A stretch of 64,000 nucleotides of DNA, from contig JBHGAY010000001.1 of assembly GCA_041946735.1 (NCBI GenBank), forward strand, positions 128,001 through 192,000, read 5' to 3'. This document shows positions 54,949 through 64,000 of the stretch, in pieces. Numbering within the stretch: position 1 is the first letter of the stretch; the number at the start of each line of letters is the position of its first letter. The DNA comes from Candidatus Eiseniibacteriota bacterium (lineage in GTDB: Bacteria > Eisenbacteria > RBG-16-71-46 > CAIMUX01 > VGJL01). Below the pieces are notes generated by a model. That model was not told where the DNA came from. It did not search any database and saw only the letters and a program-made list of their open reading frames with translations. The position numbers and the translations under genes were made by a program.

Positions 54949-55257
54949 CTACTCGTTGAGCGCGGTCAGGTCCTCGAGATCGACCGTCTCGCGCTTGCGA
55001 AAGATATCGACCAGGATCGCGAGCCCCACTCCCGCTTCGACCGCCGCGATCGCGATCACGAAGAACACGATCACGTGCGCGTCGACGTTGCCCCAGAAGC
55101 GGGCGAAGGCGGCGAAGGCGAGGTTGACGGCGTTCAGCATCAGTTCGATCGACATGAGGACCACCAGGGCGTTGCGCCGGGCGAGCACTCCGACCACCCC
55201 GATGAAGAACAGGACGATCGCGAGGGCGACGTAGTGTCCGAGACTGACGGCGGGCAT
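54949..55257 (-). CDS. nuoK: NADH-quinone oxidoreductase subunit K
   Basis: RRNALVVLMSIELMLNAVN, AAVEAGVGLA. Confidence 0.96.
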   Translation of the reverse strand: MPAVSLGHYVALAIVLFFIGVVGVLARRNALVVLMSIELMLNAVNLAFAAFARFWGNVDAHVIVFFVIAIAAVEAGVGLAILVDIFRKRETVDLEDLTALNE

Positions 55258-55261
55258 CCCC

Positions 55262-55762
55262 TCACTCCCCCTTCTTCGCGAGCACCACGGCTCCCATGAT
55301 CCCCACGAGGAGGATCAGCCCCAGGATCTCGAACGGGATCAGGAAGCGCGTAAAGAGCGCTCCCGCGACGTCCTGCGCGGTGCCGAACTCCGGCGGAACC
55401 GGCCGCCAGAGACCGGGCAGGCCGGAGAGCGAGCGGAGCACGAGCGCGCATCCCGCGGCGGCCGCGATCGCGGCGACCGCGAACTTCCCCTTCTCGACGG
55501 CGAGAGGCGCGAGGTCCTCCTCGCGAAGATTCAGCAGCATGATCACGAAGACGATCAGGACGACGATCGCCCCCGCATAGACGAGGATCTGCAGGATGAA
55601 CAGCAGGTGCGCCGCGAGGCCGGCGAACAGCCCAGCGACGGCGACCAGCGAGACGGCGAGCGCGAGGGCGCTCGCCAGTGGATTCTTGCGGGTGATCGTC
55701 ACGAGCGCCGCGCCGACGGCGATCGCCGCGAGGATCCAGAAGACGAACGGATTGGGCTGCAT
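55262..55762 (-). CDS. nuoJ: NADH-quinone oxidoreductase subunit J
   Basis: QILVYAGAIVVLIVFVIMLL, PFEILG; ATG 55762. Confidence 0.95.
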   Translation of the reverse strand: MQPNPFVFWILAAIAVGAALVTITRKNPLASALALAVSLVAVAGLFAGLAAHLLFILQILVYAGAIVVLIVFVIMLLNLREEDLAPLAVEKGKFAVAAIAAAAGCALVLRSLSGLPGLWRPVPPEFGTAQDVAGALFTRFLIPFEILGLILLVGIMGAVVLAKKGE

Positions 55763-55776
55763 CGTCGCTGCTCCCC

Positions 55777-56388
55777 TCACCAGGACGCCGGGACCGGCGG
55801 CCGCGGCGGCGTCGCCGTGACCGGCACCCCGTCGGGGGGTTCCTGCTCGCCCTCCGGCGAGGAGGGCGGCTCGGTCAGCGGCGCCTCGGGCTCGGCGGTC
55901 CCGCCGCCGATGGCGCTCTTGTCGCCGTAGAGGAGGAACTCCTTGTGGAAGAGGAACGCCTCGCGCGTGTCCGCCACGATCGTCACCTCGCCGGTGTCCA
56001 TGCGGATCGCGTCCTCCGGGCACGCTTCGACGCAGTAGCCGCAGAAGACGCAGCGGAGCATGTCGATATCGAAGACTTCCGGGCGCTTCTCGAAGGCGGC
56101 GGTCGGCGATTCCTCCGCGACGATGTGGATGCAGCGCGCCGGGCAGGCGGTCTGGCACATGAAGCAAGCCACGCACTTCGGCGATCCGTCCTCGCGGACG
56201 GTCAACCGGTGGCGCCCCTTGATCCGCACCGGGAGCGGCTTCGGCTCCTCCGGGTACTGGACCGTCGGCATCGCGCTCTGATGGAAGATGTTCTCCACCA
56301 TGTGGCGGATGGTGACGCCGAGGCCGCGGATCACCTCGACCAGGTAGATCCGCTCGTACCAGGAGAGCTTCGGGCTCGGCACCTTCAT
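55777..56388 (-). CDS. nuoI: NADH-quinone oxidoreductase subunit I
   Basis: CVACFMCQTACP and CVFCGYCVEACP ferredoxin motifs; ATG 56388. Confidence 0.96.
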   Translation of the reverse strand: MKVPSPKLSWYERIYLVEVIRGLGVTIRHMVENIFHQSAMPTVQYPEEPKPLPVRIKGRHRLTVREDGSPKCVACFMCQTACPARCIHIVAEESPTAAFEKRPEVFDIDMLRCVFCGYCVEACPEDAIRMDTGEVTIVADTREAFLFHKEFLLYGDKSAIGGGTAEPEAPLTEPPSSPEGEQEPPDGVPVTATPPRPPVPASW

Positions 56389-56479
56389 CGATCCTCTTCC
56401 CTCCCTCTGCCTGGACCCGCCGGCCGACTGACCTGCGGGCCGGCCCCGATTGCCGGAGAGCTCGCTTCCATCGGCCGCC

Positions 56480-57757
56480 TCACCTTCCCAGGAGCCGCAG
56501 CACCACCGCGGTGGCCGCAACGTTGAGCAGCGCGAGCGGCAGCAGATTCTTCCATCCGAGATTCATCAGCTGGTCGTAACGGAAGCGCGGAAGCGTCCAG
56601 CGGACCCAGATGAAGAAGAACGCCCAGAAGACGACCTTGCCGAAGAACATCCCCATCTGGGCGATGCGCGCGAACACCGCCGGAGCGATGCCGGTGAGCG
56701 GAACGAGCGCCACGGCCGCGGCCCCGGCGAGGCAGATCAGCGCGACGGCCGCGAACACGCCTGCCCAGATGTCCCCCTCGCGGCGACGGGCGTCGGTGTA
56801 GAGGCTCTTCAGCCGCTCCGACCAGCGGAGGGAGGCGATGACGACGACGATCGACAGCGCCGCGACGGCGAGCAGCGTGACGAGGAGAACCGGCTTTGCG
56901 TGCTGCTCGAGCGCTCCGGTGGGAAGCCAGGGAATCTGCCATCCCCCGAAGAACAGGGTGGTGACGAGCGCCGCCGAGACGACGATGTTGACGTACTCCG
57001 CCATGAAGAAGAGCGCGAACTTGAGACTCGAGTACTCGACGTGATAGCCGACGATCTCGCTCTCCCCCTCCGGGAGGTCGAACGGCGTGCGGTTGCACTC
57101 CGCCACGGCGGCGGTCAGGAACAGAATGCCGGCGAGCGGCTGGACGACGATCCCCCACATCGGCAGGAAACCGAACAGGAGCTTCCCCTGCTGCTGCGCG
57201 ATCTCGTTCAGGTCGAGCGTCCCGAAGATCATGAGGATGCCGAGGACGGAGACGCCGAGCGCCAGCTCGTAGCTGATCATCTGGGCGGTCGAGCGCATGC
57301 CGCCCAGGAGCGCGTAGCGGTTGTTCGATCCCCAGCCCGCCAGGATGATCCCGAGAACGCCGAGCGAGGAGATCGCGAGGATCCACAGGAGCCCCGCGTC
57401 GATCTTCAGCGCTTGCCAGTGGAGCATCTTCCCGCCCGCGATCAGGTCGTCCGCGACCGGGATGACGGCGAAGGTGGAGAGGGCGACCGCCATCGAAAGC
57501 GCCGGCGCGATCGTCCAATAGAAACGATGGACGTTCGCGGGGCGAACCTCCTCCTTGTAGACGAGCTTCACGACGTCCGCGATCGTGTGGACCATTCCGC
57601 CGAGACGGATGCCGGCGATCGCCGCGCGATTGGGCCCCGTCCGGTCCTGCATGTATGCGGACGCCTTCCTCTCGAACCAGACCATCAGGGGGATCATCGA
57701 CAGGCCGAACGCCCAGACGAGGACCGCCGTGCCCGCGTGCGCGAGGAACTCCGCCAT
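56480..57757 (-). CDS. nuoH: NADH-quinone oxidoreductase subunit H
   Basis: ERKASAYMQDRTGPNR, AQMISYE, NRTPFDLPEGESE, PRFRYDQLM. Confidence 0.97.
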   Translation of the reverse strand: MAEFLAHAGTAVLVWAFGLSMIPLMVWFERKASAYMQDRTGPNRAAIAGIRLGGMVHTIADVVKLVYKEEVRPANVHRFYWTIAPALSMAVALSTFAVIPVADDLIAGGKMLHWQALKIDAGLLWILAISSLGVLGIILAGWGSNNRYALLGGMRSTAQMISYELALGVSVLGILMIFGTLDLNEIAQQQGKLLFGFLPMWGIVVQPLAGILFLTAAVAECNRTPFDLPEGESEIVGYHVEYSSLKFALFFMAEYVNIVVSAALVTTLFFGGWQIPWLPTGALEQHAKPVLLVTLLAVAALSIVVVIASLRWSERLKSLYTDARRREGDIWAGVFAAVALICLAGAAAVALVPLTGIAPAVFARIAQMGMFFGKVVFWAFFFIWVRWTLPRFRYDQLMNLGWKNLLPLALLNVAATAVVLRLLGR

Positions 57758-57764
57758 CGCCCTC

Positions 57765-59375
57765 CTAGCCCCTTTCCGCCGCCTGCGGCTCGGACTCGCC
57801 AGCCGACCCCGCCGTCCCCGCCGCGCGCGGCCGGAGCGAGGCGAGCAGCATCCCGGAATCCCCGATCGCCGAAGGGCTCATCCCCTCGAACTCCGGCACC
57901 GCTCGGGCCATCTCGGCCCAGATCGCGTTGCGATTCACCCACCCGAACTCGACGCCGAGGCGCGCCGCGATCCGGCGCAGCAGCTCCATCACCGTCAGCG
58001 CGTCCCCTCGCGGCGTCACGCTGCGCCGGAAGAGCTGCACCCGCCCTTCGAAGTTCGTGAAGCTGCCGTCGAACTCCGAGTGCGGCGTCACCGGATGGAC
58101 GATGCCGGCAAGCCGCGAGGTGGCGTCCTCGTTCGTCGCCAGATAGAGAACCCGCGCGTACTTCTCGAGCAGCCGCGCGAGGGCGGGATCATGAGCGGCG
58201 AGGTCGTTCTGGATCACGATCGCCAGCCCCCCTCCTTTGCCGATCTCGGCGGCCAGGTCGTCGGTCCAAAGGCCGAGCGCCTCGCACCCGCGCCGGTTGG
58301 GGGTGCGGTCCGCCTTGCGCAGGATCGCATCCTCGACCCCGGCCGGCTTGCGGCTGCCCGCCACGATCGGCGCGCCGTCGAGCACCTGCCGGGCGAAGGC
58401 GCGCGCGGCGTAGAGCGCCTCGTTCGACATCTCCGGGGAGAGGAACATCCGGACCGCGCCGTCTCCTCCCTTCTCGCGGGCCGCGCGGATCGCGGAGGCG
58501 ATCGCCTCCAGCGCTTCCTCGTGCGTCACCTCTTCACCGCCGATGCTCGGGACCTCGCAACGGTTCTCGTTCAGCGGGACGTAGGTCCGCCTCCCCTCGT
58601 CGCACATCCACCAGCGGTTGACCTCCTGGTTCTCGCGCGGGCGAAGGCGATGGATCGTCCCCTCGTTCTGCTCCATGTAGATGTTGCAGCCGCGGCTGCA
58701 GCCGGCGCAGATCGACTTCGCGGAGGAGAGGAACCAGACGCGGCACTGGAAGCGGAAGTCCTTCGAGGTGAGCGCCCCGACCGGGCAGAGGTCGACGGTG
58801 TTCAAGCTGTAGGGATTGTCGAGCGGCTTGCCGGGGAAGGTGCCGATCTCGCTACGATTGCCGCGGTTGATGATCCGGAGCTCTCCGGTTCCCGTGACGC
58901 GGTCGCAGAAGCGGACGCAGCGCGTGCAAAGCACGCACCGTTCCGCGTCGAGCACCACGCGGGGCCCGACGTCGACGACCTTGCGCTTATGCACCTTCGG
59001 GAGATCGAGGCGGCTCTCGTACTGCCCGTGGCGCATGTAGAAGTCCTGGAGCAGACATTCGCCGGACTGATCGCAGATCGGGCAATCGAGAGGGTGGTTG
59101 AGGAAGAAGAACTCGAGCACCGCCTTGCGCAGCTCGTGGACTCGCTCGGTCTCGGTCCGGATCTTCAACCCATCCTTGACGAAAGTGTTGCAGGCAACCT
59201 GCGGCTTCGGGATCCCTTCGACCTCGATCAGGCAGAGCCGGCAATTGCCGTCGACCCCGAGGCCCGGGTGATAGCAGAAGTGCGGGATTTCGATCCCGAG
59301 GAGCTTCGCGACCTGAATCATGTTCAGGCCCTCCGGGACCTCGATCGCGCGGTCGTTCACATAGACGGTCGGCAT
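57765..59375 (-). CDS. nuoG: NADH-quinone oxidoreductase subunit G (short form)
   Basis: HFCYH...GNCRLC, HPLDCPICDQSGEC, CVLCTRC...CPVGAL, CAGCSRGC...C. Confidence 0.93.
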   Translation of the reverse strand: MPTVYVNDRAIEVPEGLNMIQVAKLLGIEIPHFCYHPGLGVDGNCRLCLIEVEGIPKPQVACNTFVKDGLKIRTETERVHELRKAVLEFFFLNHPLDCPICDQSGECLLQDFYMRHGQYESRLDLPKVHKRKVVDVGPRVVLDAERCVLCTRCVRFCDRVTGTGELRIINRGNRSEIGTFPGKPLDNPYSLNTVDLCPVGALTSKDFRFQCRVWFLSSAKSICAGCSRGCNIYMEQNEGTIHRLRPRENQEVNRWWMCDEGRRTYVPLNENRCEVPSIGGEEVTHEEALEAIASAIRAAREKGGDGAVRMFLSPEMSNEALYAARAFARQVLDGAPIVAGSRKPAGVEDAILRKADRTPNRRGCEALGLWTDDLAAEIGKGGGLAIVIQNDLAAHDPALARLLEKYARVLYLATNEDATSRLAGIVHPVTPHSEFDGSFTNFEGRVQLFRRSVTPRGDALTVMELLRRIAARLGVEFGWVNRNAIWAEMARAVPEFEGMSPSAIGDSGMLLASLRPRAAGTAGSAGESEPQAAERG

Positions 59376-59468
59376 TCTGCTCTTCTTTCCTCCTGCCTGT
59401 CTGCCTGCCTGGTCCTTCTTCCTGTTCTGCCTGCCTACCTGCCTGTGCTGCGAGCCCTGCCCGGCCGG

Positions 59469-60766
<1,298 letters not shown>

Positions 60767-60767
<1 letters not shown>

Positions 60768-61330
60768 CAGGCGCGGGCCTCCTTGCGCAGCCGGTCGAGG
60801 AGCCGGTCGATCTCCTCCTCGTCGAGCGGACCGACGAACTCCTCGTTCACTTGGATCATCGGGGCCATTTCGCAGGCCGCCAGGCACTCGACCTCCTCGA
60901 GCGTGAAGAGGCCGTCGGGGGTCGTCTGCCCGAGCTCGATACCGAGCTTGCGGCGCAAGCAGTCGAGCATGTGCTCGGCGCCGAGGAGCTGGCAGGAGAG
61001 GTTCGTGCAGATCTGGAGGTGGTAGCTCCCTGCCGGCGAGCGGCGGAACATCGTGTAGAAGCTGACCACGCCATAGACATGGGACGGAGCGACCTCGCAG
61101 AGCTCCGCGACAGTCTCGACCGCCTCCTGCGGCACCCAGCCGTATCTCTCCTGCACCATCCACAGCAGCGGCAGGATCGCCGCCTTCTTCGTCGGATAGC
61201 GCGTGAAGAGCCGCTCGATCCTCGCCTTCTCGGCATCGGAGAAGACGACCGGCTCTCCCAGCTCCTGCAGCGGGCAGAGCCTCCGCGTCGTCGGATCGTG
61301 GGCGGGATCGGGATTCTCGAACGGCTGCAT
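60767..61330 (-). CDS. nuoE: NADH-quinone oxidoreductase subunit E
   Basis: SFYTMF, ICTNLSC, VECLAAC. Confidence 0.95.
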
Positions 61331-61345
61331 CTTCTCTTGCTTCTC

Positions 61346-63070
61346 CTACCGGTCCAGCTCGCCGGCGATGACGTTCAGGCTTCCGAGGACCGCGATCGCG
61401 TCCGCGAGCATGCCTCCCTCGATCAGCCGGGGGTAGGCGTTGTAGATCTGGAAGCAGGGGGGACGCACCTTGCACTTGTATGGACGCATGGAACCGTCGC
61501 TGACGACATAGAAGCCCAGCTCGCCGTTCGCCGCCTCGCTCGCGACGTAGCCGTCCCCGGCCGGCACCTTGACGCCGTGCATCACGATCTTGAAGTGGTT
61601 GACGAGCCCTTCGATCGATCCGTACGTCTTCTCCTTCGAGGGGATGATGATCGAGGGGTGCGCGACGTTGACCGGGCCGCCCGGGAGCCGGTCGATCGCC
61701 TGCCGCACGATCCGCACCGACTGGCGGATCTCCTCGAAGCGCACCATCATCCTGTCGTAGGTGTCCCCCTGGTATCCGCTCGGAATGTCGAAGTCGAACG
61801 TGTCGTAGAAGTCGTACGGATCGGCCTTCCGCAGGTCGTATTCGAGGCCGGTCGCGCGCAGGCACGGGCCCGTGAAGCCGAAGGAGATCGCCTCCTCGGT
61901 CGAGATCTTGCCGATCCCCACCGTCCGGTCGAGAAAGATCCGGTTGCGCGCGATCAGCTTCAACGTGTCGTCGACGTGCTTCGGCACCTCCTCGAGCACG
62001 GCGCGGACGCCGTCGAGAAAGTCGTCCGTCACGTCCGCCCAGAGTCCGCCGACGCGCGTGTAGGAGTTCGTGAGGCGGGCGCCGGTGACGCTCTCGATCA
62101 GGTTGTAGATCTTCTCGCGCAGGTTGAAGAGGTACCAGAAGTTCGTGAGAGCCCCGAGGTCGACCAGGTTCGCCCCGTTGCAGACGAGGTGGTCCATGAT
62201 GCGCGAAAGCTCGCCCAGGATCACTCGAACGAACTTGCAGCGGTCGGTCACCTCGATCCCGCACATTCCCTCGATCGTGCGGGCGTAGGCGATGTTGTTC
62301 AGGATCGCCGAGCAGTAGTTCAGCCGGTCGGTGTACGGGACCACCTGGTTGTACTCATGCGTCTCGGCCGACTTCTCGAACCCGCGATGGAGGTAGCCGA
62401 TCTCGGGGATCGCGTAGACGACCGACTCCCCTTCGAGCTCGACCAGGTTGCGGAGCGTCCCGTGCGAGGCGGGATGGCTCGGCCCGAGGTTCAGGAGCAT
62501 CGTCCCGCGCTCGTTCACTCCGGGACGCGGATCGAGCCGGCGTCGGCGCTCCAGCTCATCCTCGAGATCGTCGACCTCGTGGAGCCACTGGCCTCGATAG
62601 ATGTCGTAGTCCTTGCGGAGCGGGTGTCCGACGAACTCCTTGTGGTTCAGGATCCTCTTGAGATTCGGATGCTCCCGGAACTCGACCCCGTACTGGTCGT
62701 ACGCCTCTCTCTCCGTCCAGTCCGCGTTCTTGAAGACCTTCGTGGCCGAGTCGATCCATGGATCCTCCTCCGGGACGGCGCACTTGACCGCCGCCCGCGC
62801 CTCGCGCGTAAGGGAGTGGAGGAGGTAGACGACGTCGAACCGGTCGCCATCGTGAAGGCCCAGGTTGTCGACCACCGTCAGATCGGTCATCTGCTCGAAA
62901 GAGAGGCCTGGTTCGCTGCGAAGGAAGGCGAGAGCGTCCCGGATCGACTCGCGCTTCAAGCGAAAGACGGGGATCCCGGTCGTCATCGACTCGCGCGAGA
63001 CGATCGCCGTACCGAAGCGCGCCTCGAACGAGGCGAAGTCCGTCCTTTCGGCAGCCGTCCTCACCGCCAT
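61346..63070 (-). CDS. nuoCD: fused NADH-quinone oxidoreductase subunit C/D
   Basis: NuoC motif EREAYDQYGVEF...GHPLRKDY fused to NuoD motifs NLGPSHPASHG, GYLHRGFEK, GELDR. Confidence 0.96.
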   Translation of the reverse strand: MAVRTAAERTDFASFEARFGTAIVSRESMTTGIPVFRLKRESIRDALAFLRSEPGLSFEQMTDLTVVDNLGLHDGDRFDVVYLLHSLTREARAAVKCAVPEEDPWIDSATKVFKNADWTEREAYDQYGVEFREHPNLKRILNHKEFVGHPLRKDYDIYRGQWLHEVDDLEDELERRRRLDPRPGVNERGTMLLNLGPSHPASHGTLRNLVELEGESVVYAIPEIGYLHRGFEKSAETHEYNQVVPYTDRLNYCSAILNNIAYARTIEGMCGIEVTDRCKFVRVILGELSRIMDHLVCNGANLVDLGALTNFWYLFNLREKIYNLIESVTGARLTNSYTRVGGLWADVTDDFLDGVRAVLEEVPKHVDDTLKLIARNRIFLDRTVGIGKISTEEAISFGFTGPCLRATGLEYDLRKADPYDFYDTFDFDIPSGYQGDTYDRMMVRFEEIRQSVRIVRQAIDRLPGGPVNVAHPSIIIPSKEKTYGSIEGLVNHFKIVMHGVKVPAGDGYVASEAANGELGFYVVSDGSMRPYKCKVRPPCFQIYNAYPRLIEGGMLADAIAVLGSLNVIAGELDR

Positions 63071-63110
63071 CTCTCTCCTCCGCGGGGCTCGGCGCAGCTC
63101 GGGGAGCCGC

Positions 63111-63683
63111 TCACCGGGCCGCCTTCTCGCGGGTGATCTTCTCCTGGATGTGGATCAGGGCCTCGAGCACCGCCTCCGGGCGGGGCGGGCACCCGGCGAC
63201 GTAGGCGTCGACCGGGATGACCTTGTCGATCCCCTGGAGCGTGCAGTAGTTGTCGTAGAACCCGCCGGAGCTGGCGCAGACCCCCATCGAGATGACCCAC
63301 TTCGGGTCGGCCATCTGCTCGTAGATCCGCCGCAGGATCGGAGCCTGCTTGTAGGTGACCGTCCCGGCGACGAGCAGCAGATCGGCTTGCCGCGGCGAGA
63401 ACCGGACCAGCTCCGCTCCGAACCGGGAGAGGTCGAAGACCGAGGAAACGGTCCCCATGAACTCGATCGCGCAGCAAGCGGTGCCGAACGGCAGAGGCCA
63501 GAGCGAGTTCTTGCGGGCCCAGTTCAGGGTCTGATCGAGACGGGTGAGGATCGCCGAGCCGGCCAGGACCGACTCGTCGCCCTGACGCATCGCCGCCGGA
63601 AGAGGGATCGGCCGCCGGACATCCGGCATCGCCTCGCGCCTTCGCTCGGGCATCACTCCCATTCCATCGCCCCCTTCCGCCAC
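63111..63683 (-). CDS. nuoB: NADH-quinone oxidoreductase subunit B
   Basis: GTACCAIE, SPRQAD, GCPPRPE; the true start is probably one of the downstream ATGs. Confidence 0.96.
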   Translation of the reverse strand: MAEGGDGMGVMPERRREAMPDVRRPIPLPAAMRQGDESVLAGSAILTRLDQTLNWARKNSLWPLPFGTACCAIEFMGTVSSVFDLSRFGAELVRFSPRQADLLLVAGTVTYKQAPILRRIYEQMADPKWVISMGVCASSGGFYDNYCTLQGIDKVIPVDAYVAGCPPRPEAVLEALIHIQEKITREKAAR

Positions 63684-64000
63684 TCGTAGGCGAGACCGAG
63701 AACCAGGATGAGGAAGAAGATCGCCATGCCGACGTCTCCCGCGACCCCCAGCGCCTTGCGATGGATCGCCCAGGGGATCAGGAACACGGCCTCGACGTCG
63801 AACAGAAGGAAGAGAAGCGCGACCAGGTAGAACTTCACCGGCACGCGATCCTTCGGCAGCTTCTTCGGCAGCACGCCCGACTCGTACGGCGTTCTCTTCT
63901 CGTCGGTCGGCCGCTTCGGACCGAGCCGCGGCCCCAAATAGAGGAAGACGGCCGGGATCGCGACCGCGAGCGCGAGCACGACGAGAACCGGCGCGTACGG
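63653..64000 (-). CDS. nuoA: NADH-quinone oxidoreductase subunit A (5' end beyond the window)
   Basis: PYESG, FYLVALLFLLFDVE, YEWRKGAMEW; frame open to the window edge. Confidence 0.95.
   Translation of the reverse strand, partial: PYAPVLVVLALAVAIPAVFLYLGPRLGPKRPTDEKRTPYESGVLPKKLPKDRVPVKFYLVALLFLLFDVEAVFLIPWAIHRKALGVAGDVGMAIFFLILVLGLAYEWRKGAMEWE

Overview
High-GC bacterial chromosome segment. The gene content (C25 peptidase with a FlgD-Ig tail, DUF3098, TWG-tailed Cys-rich secreted proteins) suggests a diderm FCB-affiliated candidate lineage such as Ca. Eisenbacteria or Latescibacterota; this is inference. In order, the window holds: (1) clpB, a PorU-like C25 peptidase, DUF971 and a PpiC foldase on the minus strand; (2) a divergent lipid-linked amino-sugar/glycosylation operon (GT2, epimerase, DegT, EamA/SMR flippase, methyltransferase, GT-C, TMTC-like); (3) a tandem cluster of paralogous secreted Cys-rich proteins ending in (S/T)TWGxxKxx(Y/F)R, one copy internally deleted, plus a dockerin-like protein with a long structured leader; (4) tRNA-Val(TAC) and a housekeeping block (mltG, ruvX, RsbW/RsbV-like, rluD, lspA, DksA-like, PNP, DivIVA); (5) fbp and an AhpD-like gene with an in-frame UGA at its CxxC motif followed by a SECIS-like hairpin (probable selenoprotein missed by the ORF track); (6) an acyl-CoA ligase, two GT4s, glutamate dehydrogenase, egtB/egtD and small metabolic genes; (7) a nuoA-N complex I operon with fused NuoCD, nuoA truncated by the window edge. 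No CRISPR array, integrase or transposase was seen. The best candidate for an undescribed system is a surface-protein sorting/anchoring system at about 2.7-22.9 kb: PorU-like sortase, amino-sugar glycosylation operon and TWG-tailed cargo.
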